A stretch of DNA of 64,000 nucleotides from Antedon mediterranea (GCF_964355755.1 NC_092677.1:13786101-13850100); one strand, 5' to 3'; shown: positions 20,701 to 32,992, counted from the stretch's first letter. A program made the numbers and translations. Notes: generated by a model not told the origin, from the sequence alone.

Positions 20701-23700
20701 CATGATTAAGTCTAACGTGTTTGAACAAAGTTATGGATTGCTCTAAAAATCCCCAGAGGTGCATTCACACCTGAGTGTCCCTAATATTCTGAATGTCTCC
20801 ATCTCATGGTTTTTATTTATGATTCACATCACATCCATATTGAACTGTCTTTTGACCACATAAAGCAGTATAGTGTCTTTGATGACGTCAACAAATTAGG
20901 CTACCATTAAATATTGCAATTCAAGAACCACTCAGGTAGGATGTGGCCAAACAGGTTATGCTGTCTAGGTATTTAACTTTACACAAGGGAGGATGTGATT
21001 GTTTTTTTATGTCTAGGCAAACAATTTTTTTTATAGATATTCTTAACATATCCGATTTTTCATACCATTTCACTAGGCCATCGTAGGCCCTTCTGCACTT
21101 CCTCAAAATGATGTAAATTAAATACCTCGATAATATAGTAATGAGAAGATTTTCTTATAAAAGTTTTCTTTTACTTAAGTATACATAATTTAGAATTTTC
21201 CAAAAAAAAAAGAAGAATCAAGTAAGAAAAAAAGGGAAACAGAAAATGTCATAATACCTTTTTGATCGACCAATATTTAGAATAATAATATTAGAAACAT
21301 TTAAATGTTTTTACTCCTTACAATAAAAACATGGTGTAATTTTAGGTTCATCTACTAAAGCTTGGTTCCCACTAGGTCGCAGCGCAAACAAGTTGAACAA
21401 TGATAAACGACAGTTCCAATTAATTATTAAAAAGTCAACATAATGTTCTTTAATCCCTTGTTATTATCAACAGCCTAGACATTTTACAATATTTTGACTA
21501 AAAAGAAAAATGATATAATTCAGGGTTGAAAAAACAGTATGTACTGGGAAGGCCTAATATACCAGTATATTGTACTGTAAATAGACCATCTACAGTATAC
21601 TGTATAGAACCCATCCTTTCTCGTCTAATGTGCCGCCATTTCAATTGAATTATGTGGTTTATACTAAACACACAGTATTTCAGATAAGAGATTAAATAAA
21701 TACATTTTTTCGTTCACACACAAAAGTCCATTATCATGAGCAAATATTTGAACTGCTTTTAACATCAACAAACATAAACTTTTATCATGCAGATTTCCTT
21801 TTCAGTATTACCATTAACTAAATATTAATATTTAGCCTTTTCTGAGAAGTAGTAAGGGTATCATTCACAGTTATCCTGAAATACATACCATGTCTTACTG
21901 TTCTGTTGCTAAGTATCTGTAGCTGACCGTAAGTCAGCACTTCTACTTCTAAGAGTTAGACTTTATATTGCAATTGGCTTTACTCCAAAGCTCTGTCTAT
22001 CAAACTAGTTTGAATGACAAACAAGTGTGGTGTGCTGAAATATGGTAGTGATATGACATCATCATGTCCATATATAGGCACATCAAATTTTTTTTTGTCA
22101 CAAAGTTTGGTATAGATAGAGCTTTAGCCTACCATTGAAAGAAGTATAAAGCTAAGGTTTAATACCACAGTAATACATTTGTTTCCCATAATGTACTTCT
22201 AATGCAATATGAAAGAATGAAGTTACAGTCATGAAATAATGTTAATGTTTATAATAATTATGTAATAATGCTTCAGTAGGCCTAATGCAATAATATTGGA
22301 GTAATGCAATATTTGTTCAGTAATTCAATATTTGTGATGACCGTACATAATATAATGCAGTCATTTTGCAATTAATGCTTTATATAATAATATCGCAGTA
22401 CTGGAAAATTGCATTAATGTTGACTAATATTGCATAATGTATTAAATTAAAATTAATTTTATAATAGTTTGTCCATCCTGTAATTGGCGAGTTGCTCACT
22501 GATAGATGCATATAAAATAAAAAAAAAAAAATGATAGAGTAATTTAATGGTGTAGTAATTATGGAGTACTATTGTGTGGTTAAATACTGTTGCACATGTA
22601 ATATTGTTGCAGTATAGTGTAATGTAATCTTTTTTTCTTTACAGTTTTGATCCAACGTCCGTATACTGTTTTCTCACCGTCTTCAATCCGTTTGTTATGG
22701 GGATGCTGTTGCTATGGAAGGTATATAGTAATTTCTTGCATCAATTCATATGTTTGTACAACGCAACTCAATGATATAAGGCATAACGTAAGTGAATTGG
22801 CCAATCAAAATCAACAGTTCGGATGATCCATCTCGTTGTGATATGTTAAATCGCTTGCGTTACGATTCCCTTCTTGCGTTGCGTCCTAGTGGGAATCAAG
22901 CTTTAATAATATGTACTTCAAAGTGGTTGTCTACAGGTAATGTTGTCCATACAATCTATAGTGGGAACCAAGCTTTAATAATACGTATGTGTGATACGTA
23001 CATGTTTGTCAATACAATCCATAGTTTAACAAATGACCTACTTTTCGATAAAAAAAAATTAAATTCAACCATCAAAAGAATAAATTTTTCTAGAATCGGA
23101 CAATTACAACCTGTCCTTCAGTATCAGACCATGTCCCATGCGAACCCTGAATTTCTATCGCATACGCTTTATGTCACGATTGAGTTAAGATAAGCGTTGT
23201 GAAATTGCCTTATCATGGCTGGTGCGATGTTGTCAACACCATTTCCAAGATGATTCATGTCCATGCGGTTAGTTTTCAGTCCTTACGGAAAGATTCTTTA
23301 AGATGTGTGGTGACACGATCGCAGGTGACAGTGAATTTTCAGGCAAACAAAATTGAAATACTTTGTTTTTGATGGTTGTACTTTATTGGCAATACATACT
23401 GTTAGAACAAAACCCAATTGGTAATTCGTCTGCTTACTTTCCAGTAATAGATAAAAATATGTACTGACATACTGTATATTCAATTTGATAAAATGTCAAG
23501 CTGATTTTAGTGGTCATTTCTACCCCAGGTGTAACCTTTCACAGTAAATTTACATTTATATAACACAGCATATTACTTCACAGTAAGCCAAGTTCTTTCA
23601 TCACTTTCTCGGAAATAATTGATGAGTTGTAGTTAATATTTAACCACAGTTTGTCATCTTTCATTAATTGAAAATAGAGACTGACAGCATTTACATTTGT

Positions 23701-25467
23701 TGTTAAATTATAAGATTTGCTTTTTTGCAAGTCATTCTAATGAGGTCATTGATGTGTTTAAATATTAGGTGCACCATTGAGTTTTAGGGTATGTTCAGAT
23801 CCATGGAGTTATGCTTTCGTATCGCAAGCAATGTCGTATTATAATTGGCGTCTTAACAGAAAAGGGTTCAGATTTGCCTAACTAACGCTTTCGTTTCAAA
23901 CTGAAGTGTCACCATTGGGGGCGAAAATCTGGTATGCAGGAGTAAATTTGATTGGTTAGAGGTCAAAATCACTGGTGTTCACTAATCTTGTACCTTGAGC
24001 TGTCGTACAAGGTGGCTTCCACTAATCTTTAAAAACTGCTACATAAAACACTGAAAAAAAAACTCCACAAAAACCCACAACACCTATCTATATTGCATTC
24101 CAATCCCGCAGAATAAAAAAAAATTAAATTCATTATTACAGATTGCTCTGTTATTTGTGCTAGTAACTTGCACATTCCAAGCCATCCATCTGGTGCGGTC
24201 AGTTCCAATGTCCAGTCTGTTCCTGCTGGTTCTACTCATGTCAGATGCCATGGCGTTACATTTCTTCTTCCTTGTTAGAGATACAGGTAGCTGGCTTGAG
24301 ATTGGCACTAGGTAAGTTCAGATTTTGGTATTGATTAAAGTAGTCACATGCAGAATATATAATTTAGTTTATAATACTCTTGTACATACAGTTCCCATTC
24401 ATTCATTCATTTGTGTACTCATTGATGCACTCATCGATATACTAATTTTTTCATTTATGCACTCATTCATATATTCATTTTTCATTCATTTATGCACTCA
24501 TTCATATATTCATTTTTCATTCATTTATGCACTCATTCATATATTCATTTTTCATTCATTTATGCACTCATTCATATATTCATTTTTTATTCATTTATGC
24601 ACTCATTCATTCATTTATGTATACAGTCATTATGTACTCATTCATTCATTTATTCATTCATTTACTCATTCATGAACTCATATATTCATTCTTGCACTCA
24701 TTGATTCATGCATTCATTCATGCACTCATTCATATACTCATTCGTTAAATACTTATTCATTCATTAATGCACTTGTTCATGAACTCATTCATATACTCAT
24801 TTTTGTACTTATTCATTCATAAATACAATCATTCATGTACTCGTTCGTGTACTTATTCATTCAATTATACAATCATTCATATACTCATTCATTTACTTAT
24901 TTATTGATTAATGCACTCATTCATGTACTCATTCGTGTACTCCTTTATTCAATTATACAATCATTCATATACTCATTCATTTACTTATTTATTTACTTAT
25001 TTATTCATTCATTAATGCACTCATTCATTTACCCATTCGTGTACTCATTCATTGATTTATACACTCATTCATTGATTCAGTAATTCAATTATGCACTCAT
25101 TCATATACTTATTTACTCATTCACTAGTTCATTTATACACTCTTACTCATTTCATTTTTGTACTCACTCATTTTCTCATTAATCCTTCATTTATTTACAG
25201 AATATTGTAGTTATTACATCTGTAATAAAGCAATGTATTTTATTAACTAAACTAATAATATCAAACTAATAGTGCTAAATCAAGTTGTAACCATTCTAGT
25301 TCTTTTTTTTGTAATCACTAAACTCTCTTTTTTTTTACAGCATCAGCCACTACGTCATCGTAATGACTATGATTCTATTTGTCCTACTGCTTATGCTAGT
25401 ATCGCAAATATTCATAGCGCCACCTATCACTCTGGTTCGATCGATGAGAAAGTTTCATAGGCAGTAA
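8745..25467 (+). CDS. PIGN: GPI ethanolamine phosphate transferase 1 (PIG-N/Mcd4), 18 coding exons, ~929 aa
   Basis: Exons: 8745-8968, 9676-9797, 10266-10364, 10787-10893, 11224-11479, 12274-12390, 12931-13121, 13550-13684, 14314-14393, 14838-15086, 15484-15679, 16459-16547, 17016-17330, 19048-19135, 19817-19965, 22645-22720, 24142-24311, 25341-25467; 2790 nt, phases consistent. Motifs [98 protein letters not shown] and many TM segments. Confidence 0.97.
11508..11623. mobile_element. MITE family A copy (left end missing)
   Basis: Core plus right TIR. Confidence 0.75.
11776..11975. mobile_element. MITE with AGGGAGCT/AGCTCTCT ends and ATT duplication
   Basis: Imperfect TIRs; ATT at 11773-11775 and 11976-11978. 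Confidence 0.55.
12054..12217. mobile_element. Tc1/pogo-type MITE (CAGTCAACT...AGTTGACTG, TA target)
   Basis: TIR CAGTCAACTATCCCAATACC / GGTATTGGGAGAGTTGACTG followed by TA. Confidence 0.72.
13198..13319. mobile_element. MITE family A copy
   Basis: TIRs plus core; flanks TAA/TTA. Confidence 0.85.
13745..14012 (+). mobile_element. tRNA-derived SINE with CORE-like central domain
   Basis: A-box-like TGGCTCACTGTG, B-box-like GGTTCGAATC, then CCTTAGGCAAGACACTT...CACCCAGGTGTATAAAATGGGTACC; homologous to the minus-strand copies at 51222 and 52514. Confidence 0.78.
14034..14174. mobile_element. MITE family A copy (reverse orientation)
   Basis: TIRs plus inverted core; contains a TACAGTA insertion at 14088. 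Confidence 0.8.
15911..16360. repeat. 20-bp minisatellite (TTTACTGGTCCTCCACTCCA)n, ~22 copies, PIGN intron
   Basis: Direct reading; scattered point variants. Confidence 0.97.
17331..19047 (+). other. U12-type (minor spliceosome) GT-AG intron of PIGN
   Basis: 5' site GTATCCTTTT (17331); branch-like ATCCTTTAC (19027-19035) 12 nt before the end of CAG; no polypyrimidine tract; joins TT-A-HEGLF in frame. Confidence 0.85.
17503..18660. repeat. 18-bp minisatellite (CACCCCTATTCAAGAATA)n, ~60 nearly perfect copies, inside the U12 intron
   Basis: Direct reading; degenerates at the 3' end into GGGGACACCCCTATT units; source of the NRGVFL/RIHPYS pseudo-ORFs. Confidence 0.98.
20065..20335. mobile_element. 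Degenerate foldback/MITE
   Basis: ATAGGAATA..TAATACAGCAT..TCACATGT inverted to ACATGTGA..ATGCTGTATTA..TATTCCTAT; similar pieces at ~15115-15310 and ~51800-51970. Confidence 0.5.
21989..22123. mobile_element. MITE family A copy
   Basis: TIRs plus core. Confidence 0.8.
24395..25200. repeat. Degenerate (TCAT/ATTC)n-rich simple repeat
   Basis: Continuous cattcatt/actcattc motifs in the last PIGN intron. Confidence 0.9.
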
Positions 25468-26002
25468 TGAGGTATCAAAGATGTGCTATTTGTGTGTTTT
25501 CACTTTTATATCGTTTTCATACTAACAGCTAATACAATTTAATTAGAAATCATATCAAAATTATTGTACTGCAGTTACTGCAGTAACTGCATTTTTTACT
25601 GCAATATTGTATTGTTTCAATGTATATGTTTGGGGTAGTCACTACAAGTCACTTGGTGCTAGATAATTGCATATAGGAAAGTTTGTAGTAGTATTACTAC
25701 AACTACAGTAGGCCTACAGTATAGTAATTTTGACATGGTCCCTTACAATTCTAACAATTTTTGTATATTTTTTGTTTGTCTTTTGTGGCGTTAACCGCTA
25801 TTTTATTCATTTCATCTTCAACAGATTAATACAATTATTGAATACTTCTGTGATAAGCATAATAATAATAATAACTATTTCATTGTTATTCTTACTTTTG
25901 TTTGGTTTATATATTACAACTGAGGACTAGTGCTGTTCCGCCGTACCACGCCGAGAATGTTAAAGAGTCGCTATCCAATCGAGTTCGAACAATACCATGA
26001 AA

Positions 26003-26074
26003 GCCCCAGTGGTCTAATGGTTAGGATATCTGCATATCAAGCAGGCGGTCCGAGTTCGAGTCTCGGTTGGGGCG
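26003..26074 (+). tRNA. tRNA-like gene, anticodon ATC (Asp-AUC), copy 1
   Basis: 72-nt cloverleaf: acceptor GCCCCAG/TTGGGGC, D stem GTCT/GGAT, anticodon stem TCTGC/GCAGG with loop ATATCAA, T arm CCGAG-TTCGAGT-CTCGG, G73, then T5 terminator. Function unproven. Confidence 0.7.
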
Positions 26075-26366
26075 ACTTTTTCTCATTCTCACAGATTTCC
26101 TCATCTTTATCGTTTCAAATTAATTAATTAAATTTCAGTATATTACCGGGCGGTTTATAATTAATGTTCTTTGCCTGATTTGTTTATATATATATAAGTA
26201 TCTCTTCAGAGATCCCGCCTCGTGAATAAAAATACTGTAAGATGAGGGCGTATTAATTTGATCTCTGATGCGCGTGCGTACAACTGAGGACTAGTGCTGT
26301 TCCGCCGTACCACGCCGAGAGTGTTAAAGAGTCGCTATCCAATCGAGTTCGAACAATACCATGAAA

Positions 26367-26438
26367 GCCCCAGTGGTCTAATGGTTAGGATATCTGCATA
26401 TCAAGCAGGCGGTCCGAGTTCGAGTCTCGGTTGGGGCG
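26367..26438 (+). tRNA. tRNA-like gene, anticodon ATC (Asp-AUC), copy 2
   Basis: Identical to copy 1 by eye; followed by ACTTTTT. Confidence 0.7.
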
Positions 26439-26730
26439 ACTTTTTCTCATTCTCACAGATTTCCTCATCTTTATCGTTTCAAATTAATTAATTAAATTTC
26501 AGTATATTACCGGGCGGTTTATAATTAATGTTCTTTGCCTGATTTGTTTATATATATATAAGTATCTCTTTGGAGATCCCGCCTCGTGAATAAAAATACT
26601 GTAAGATGAGGGCGTATTAATTTGATCTCTGATGCGCTTGCATACAACTGAGGACTAGTGCTGTTCCGCCGTACCACGCCGAGAATGTTAAAGAATCGCT
26701 ATCCAATCGAGTTTGAACAATACCATGAAA

Positions 26731-26802
26731 GCCCCAGTGGTCTAATGGTTAGGACATCTGCATATCAAGCAGGCGGTCCGAGTTCGAGTCTCGGTTGGGG
26801 CG
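26731..26802 (+). tRNA. tRNA-like gene, anticodon ATC (Asp-AUC), copy 3
   Basis: As copy 1 except T25C, which turns G10.U25 into G10-C25. Confidence 0.7.
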
Positions 26803-27581
26803 ACTTTTTCTCATTCTCACAGATTTCCTCATCTTTATCGTTTCAAATTATTTAATTAAATTTCAGTATATTACCGGGCGGTTTAGAATTAATGTTCTTT
26901 GCCTGATTTGTTTATATATATAGGCCTATATATATTTACATTATGTTATTTTATCAATGTTACTGTTCTTAGAATCAGAACATTAATATTTCTTTTCTGT
27001 TATCCACTTTTTTTCATAATTTTCTAATATTTTTTTTTTTATAATAATTCTCAACTTCTAAAATTGTAAATACTTAACAAATAAATAGGCTACAATTTTT
27101 GTATAGTTACAAGTAAAACTTTTCTGCCAATTTCAGGCATGAAAATAAAAGTTGCTTGTTTTCATTTAGTAACCAAGAAATGGGTCACTTGTGTGCTTAT
27201 CTTTTGAGATGACTTTCTAAAAATGTTTTAAACTAATGTTAATTAGCGGTTGAGTACTATTTGTGAAATTATGCCAAAGAGTTTTTTTTTTCAAATAATA
27301 AAAAATGAATAATAGAAAACACTTGAAAGCACAGATAAGACAATATGACACACGATAACAGTTTTGTTTTAAAAGTCACAGATAACTTTTAATTGGAATT
27401 TGTTACTAAACTATTTAATACCTTATTTAAAGACAGATAAATATAGAGGCATGAGTATTTTCACAAGTTTGGTTCTATAATAATTATTGTTATTAATATC
27501 ATCCAAATCTCAAAATGGATTTTAAATTTTAGTCAGCAAATCAGGCCAAACTATTCTATGATGTTTTGTTTGTTCGTGTAA

Positions 27582-27669
27582 AGCTCTGTGTTCATTGTAA
27601 AACTAGTTTGACAAAAAAAGTTGCTCACAAATAAGGTAGTGATATGACGTTATCGTGTCAATATATGGG
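27582..27669. mobile_element. MITE family A copy (right end missing)
   Basis: Left TIR plus diverged core. Confidence 0.65.
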
Positions 27670-30600
27670 TTTCTTCTGCATGTACACAATGGCTGAAACA
27701 CCAACAGACACCTACCTCGTCATCATCGAACTTCGCAAAAGAAGTTCTAAGCGACACTGGTGGTAACATATTGCTAATGTGCTGTGAGGCAGCAAGATAT
27801 ACAAACATATATTCATGTCAAGTACAAGTACTGTATGATATAATAAAACTAACACAAAAACATTCAAGTGCAACTTTACATAGATTTTTGTAATAGTCTT
27901 ATACAATAGAAAAGTACTACAGTAAGTACCTTTAAGTTTTTATTTATTCATACTGTAATTTTTAAGAGCCTATTTTTCTTCTGTATTTGATTATTATTTT
28001 TGATATAAAATACATAAATATGTTTATTTTAGAAATAAATCTTTTATTTCGCTTTCTAGTATTTAAAAAAATACTAATAATAATGTTTGTTTTTTTCATT
28101 TTGAATATTAAAATTTATCATAATGCAATAAGGTACAAAATGTTATAAGAATAAATAATACGTATCTCCACTGCATGCTCCTACTAATAATATGATACCT
28201 TACTGTATATAAGTTATATACGTTTTTATTTGTAAATAAATGAAACAAATTTTATAAATATATATACTGTACTTATTATTAAATATGTATTTTGACAATA
28301 CTTACTCTTCCTTTTTTAGTGCCGTACAGTTAGTAATTAAATACGAACATTTAAATATACAGTATTTAGGTTTAGATATTGATTGATCATTTTTATAATA
28401 AAACAAAATTCAATATGAATACAAAGAAAACGAAAAATCACACTAACATAAAGATATTTGAAACCTTAAGATCATTTTCACTATTCAAATCTCTTACCGT
28501 ATTCTAACACGAATAGACGCACTTGTGGACATAGTCTGGTATTTCTCCTCGTGCCAAACATGTTACTAGCACATACGTGCTACAAGAAATTTCGAACAGG
28601 TGATACTGTATACTGAATATTTATTAATTTTTAAACTATGAAAATATCCGTCGAAGCTTTTTTAATGTTAAAAAGTGTTGAAAATGATCAGATGAACAGA
28701 TCGAACGAAATAAGCCAAAATTTAATCGCAAAAAAAAGTAGAGTGACATTTTAACTGCTATTACCTAAACCAGCAAGTGTATTGAATAGTGAAACGCAGT
28801 GGCATATCTATTATATTTATTTTTATATTCTAAATAATTTTTCAAACGTTTTTAAATAATGAAAATTTCACAGTTTACGAATCACTGTTCAGTAAATTCA
28901 AAAGTGTTTAGTTACAATTTTCACAGAAGAGGTTGTAAAAAGGAAAGAAATTAGGCAAATTGTTATTTTGTAAGATTTACATTAACGTCTATTAGGCCTA
29001 TAGTTTATATCACTGTGAATATAAGCAAAACTCGTCTACAAAAGTTAAATTATATATTCTAATTTTATAAACATTTATAAAAATGCTAATCTTGTAATAA
29101 AAAATTACTGGTAAAGTTAATTCGTAAAAATATTCACAAATTCAAACGAATTCATTGAAAATGTTTCGTTTTATCGTTAAAGTTTTAACTCAGCAACAGA
29201 TAGGCCTATTTTATTTTCGATATGTAACAGCAAAATTCGGTCAAGATACAAATAATAATGGAAGAAGCCTAGGCCTATTTCTGCAAAGTGTTGTCTAAAG
29301 GCGTTTTACACTATATTCAACGCGTTCTAAAGAATAACCACCACCGCAAAATAAGCCTAACCTGACTAGATATTTGACAAAGTAATTAAACCTCTTTAAA
29401 AAAAAAATTTCGATACATTAAAAAAAAATGGGTTTAAGCAATGGCATTCACCCTTCCCTTTCACAAATTTCGATTGGCTAAAATACAAATAAAATAATTT
29501 CCCACATGGCGCGTCAACGGTGTATTGACAGACATCTAGCAAAAACAATCGAGTGAAAGTGATTGGCGGAGAAAATAACAAGTTCGGAAACTATAGAACT
29601 TTGTTATTTGAACTCTGGGAATATTCGTTTAAGGAAGATAACGAAAAAACAAGGACAAGTGATGATATGACCGCCGGTGACCTTGTTAAAATGTATAATA
29701 CAATAACCACAAAAATTAAAAAATCAAAATGTGCAACAACAAAAAAACAATTCGTTATTGAACCTTTGTACTGCTTAATGAGTGGCATGTTACCTTGAGT
29801 TCAATACTACTTAACCAGGGTGTGTTTTTAACGATTATAACACTAATGTTAACTTATCCTTAAACTTAAGTTTAAGTTCAATCTGATGTAAAGTTAAGTT
29901 CAATTATAATGTTCTTTAAACAATGTGCCAGAGCTTGAAAGAAATTCCTCCATGGCCAAGAGAATATGGTTAGCGTGCCCAAGCATCTTATTCGAGTGCT
30001 GTATATTGTTGACTGCAACTTCATCGTATTACTATTAGTATGTGTTCAATGTTCAAACTCTATCTTACCAAACGAAGTTGCAGTATTCATTCCTTAAAAA
30101 AAATTATACATGACAATTATCACGACGTTAGAGGTATTGTCCAAAATGATAAACAATAAAGAAATAAAATAAAATAATAAATTATTACGTGACATTAAAA
30201 TGGCAAAATTAAAAAAAAATTAAATATTAATAATAACAAATTCAGTGGGACAATACAGTAGCCTACAGTAAAATAATAATTAGGTACTAGCATTGATACT
30301 TGTTTTTAAATGTGGTCCTATTACATTACTTTTCACTATAAAAATAATATTTTGTACACATTTTATATTGTTACGGTATATTTATATACCGTTTATTATT
30401 TTAAAATATCAACCTTTTTTTTAAAATAAAATGTATAATAGAATAAGTAGTCGTTGATTACACTTTCTTTAGTGTCTAACTTGAATTTATCTCTATTTTT
30501 ACTTTCCCAGTTTCGTTCTGTGTTGTATTTGTAAATTGTACATTACTTATTTTGTTACACATTTCACTAGAAAATAAAAAGAAATACATTGTATTTACAC

Positions 30601-32920
30601 ATTTCCACTCACTAAATTAATACAATAATATCACTAACAAACTAATTGATTAAAGATGTTTTCAATTTTGCCTTACTGTAGATATACTGTATTTTATTGC
30701 AAGATTCGCCGTGGCCATTTAAACGAATAGTTGTTTTGTAGTTTTTCAAATTGTATAGGTAAAGTCTCTGATTGTAGTGCTATAAAAAGCGCTACAGTAA
30801 ACACTGATAGTCTACACTAGGTTCTATGAAGCGATTTGATGATACAGTTTTTGTATTTAACGAATAAACTGTTTTCTCTCTTGTTTTAGGCTATAGTTTT
30901 TAATCCAAGATATAAACTAAAGCAATAAAGAAATAGGCGGTTTAGTATTTACAAGTAAGTACAATACTGTGTTATACAATTATAATAAAACCAGCATTAG
31001 GTGGACATTTATAGTAGTAAAGCCTTTTTATAATTACGTTTTTGCTTTGTTTTAAAACTAAACATACGCGATGTTGCTGTTTCAAAGTATACCAATAGAA
31101 CGGTTAAACGAACGATTTACCAATAGTTTCTAATCGTTTACCAATATTTCATAGCGGCATGGATTATGAATATGTATTTCTGATATTTGTAATTATTTTC
31201 CAATCAAGTCGAACGGTAATTAGTGAAATCGTTTCTAGTTTTACCAAAACCCGTATTTACGTATATACATAATATTGTATTTACAACACTGTCTTCTACA
31301 ATTGCGTTGTGAAAAATATCTTTGACATAATATAATGTTAAAATTAAGGTGTTATGATGATAGCAAATCAAAACGAGTATTTAGTGATTCAAAATGTAAG
31401 AATTGTCGGGTAAACATTGAGAAAGCAAGTAAAACAAACACAAACCGTAAGTTTTAGGGAAAAATATAGTTTTTATTCACTACTACACAAATACCATTAT
31501 TACCAGGGCCTAATCGGCGGCCCGGCAGTTTTGGAAATGCTTATTATTGTTGGTCGGCACTACTCGGAAACATATTCCTTTTAATCACAGGGGTATAGGA
31601 ATAGGCCTAGATTCATTTACCTCCATGTTCCAAAAACTAGTTTATTTTATTTACCAGATTCTTCAAATACCTGTTGCTTCGTCGTTAACTATTTTTAACA
31701 GGTTTCTGATCTCCGTGAAGTCAAGAATCTTGAGAATGTCTTATGTGGTTTCATCTCAAATCGAGCTTGTATTTAAATGGATATTAAGATGTAATAATGG
31801 GCTGTAGTCGTTAATGAGTAATTCGGTTTCTTTCCTATTTTCTATGAGGTCATTGTATCATTTTGTTTTTAAATGAACCTGAAACAGTGTATCGATCCCT
31901 TGTGTGCCGAGTCCCGTAGCGATTGGGTCATTTGGTGGTTAGGATAACAAGGGCGTGGAAGCGGGGCTTAGAATCTCATTTTATGGTATTAGGTTTAAAC
32001 AAGATGGAACCGCCTTGATTCATGTGTAGGGAACCAACATGACAGATTCGGCTTTCTGGCCTAAGGGGAAAACATCACACTCGGATTAAAATCGCTTTTG
32101 ATTTGATTAAATCTTTACCACTTTAGCCTATTTATCAAAAGCAAGTAAAAATATTTACACAGTGGAGCCCACTATTAGGGGTACACCTTCTAAACCCCAA
32201 AAGTGCCCCCATGAATAAGGGTTGACCGCACTGCAGTGTACATCATTGGCTCTTGACATTTCATGGGAAAGTGTGACCCCTTAATAGGAGTGGCCCATGA
32301 ATAGAGGCTTCCTCGGGGATTACTTTTGCTGTAGGCCCAGTTATTTTGTATAAATACAATTACATCACACCGCCCTCTTTAAAGAATGTGTTTGTTCCGT
32401 GAATTAAACAAATAGATTTAGTGCCGATATCAGGTTTCAGGGTGTGTTGTGTTATTGTATTATTTTTCTGGACAAACCTAGCCATAACAATCAGTTGTAT
32501 ACGAACAATTAACGAGACAGCATAGGATTTTGCCTAGACGCACACATTATAATTACGCTTCCAAAATTCCGAGAAATTCGGTCAAACTGTTTCAACGCTT
32601 CAATTTCAGACTGATTTATCGGGGTCACAAGAGTGCCTTTTTCTCTTTATTATTTTTTTTTATTGTTAACAAAGAGTATTATTTCTCATCGGTCATTGAA
32701 CTTGCCCACTTGCAAAACAAATGTATTTATCGGTACAGTATTTGTCTTTTTAAAGGTACGTAGGATGCGGATCTTTTGATGAAACTCTTCGGTTTGCAAA
32801 TATTATTGATATCAATACAATAATATTTTGGTGGTTGTCAAATCACTTTGCCGCTGTTTTGAAAATATAGATAAACAGTACCGTAAACATGTGGGAAATA
32901 AGATAAAGATTGCTTGTTGC

Positions 32921-32992
32921 CTAACCATTTCTTTGCTAGTTGGCTAACCATTTCTTTGCTAGTTGGCCAACCATTTCTTTGCTAGTTGGCCA
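32921..32992. repeat. 23-bp tandem repeat x3 (AACCATTTCTTTGCTAGTTGGC-core)
   Basis: Direct reading. Confidence 0.9.

Larger units (their letters stand above)
25915..26922. repeat. Tandem array of 364-bp units (2.8 copies), each carrying a tRNA-like gene
   Basis: TACAACTGAGGACTAG at 25915, 26279 and 26643 (period 364); near-identical units; outer boundaries in TATA tracts. Confidence 0.95.

Noticed and set aside
24325-25083. His/Ser/Phe/Ile-rich ORFs
   Set aside because: Translations of (TCAT)n simple repeat.
25920-26002. CTGAGGA...GAAA as a hammerhead core (retrozyme) in the 364-bp unit
   Set aside because: No stem II pairing between the bases after CTGAGGA and before GAAA; the minus-strand CTGAAGA in copy 1 is absent from copy 2.
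25930-26855. Three 65-aa ORFs MLFRRTTPR...
   Set aside because: GTG starts; they simply read through the tRNA-like repeat units.
31620-32090. Possible decayed LINE endonuclease on the minus strand (…ELLINDYSP…)
   Set aside because: Only a vague resemblance interrupted by stops; cannot be supported without a search.
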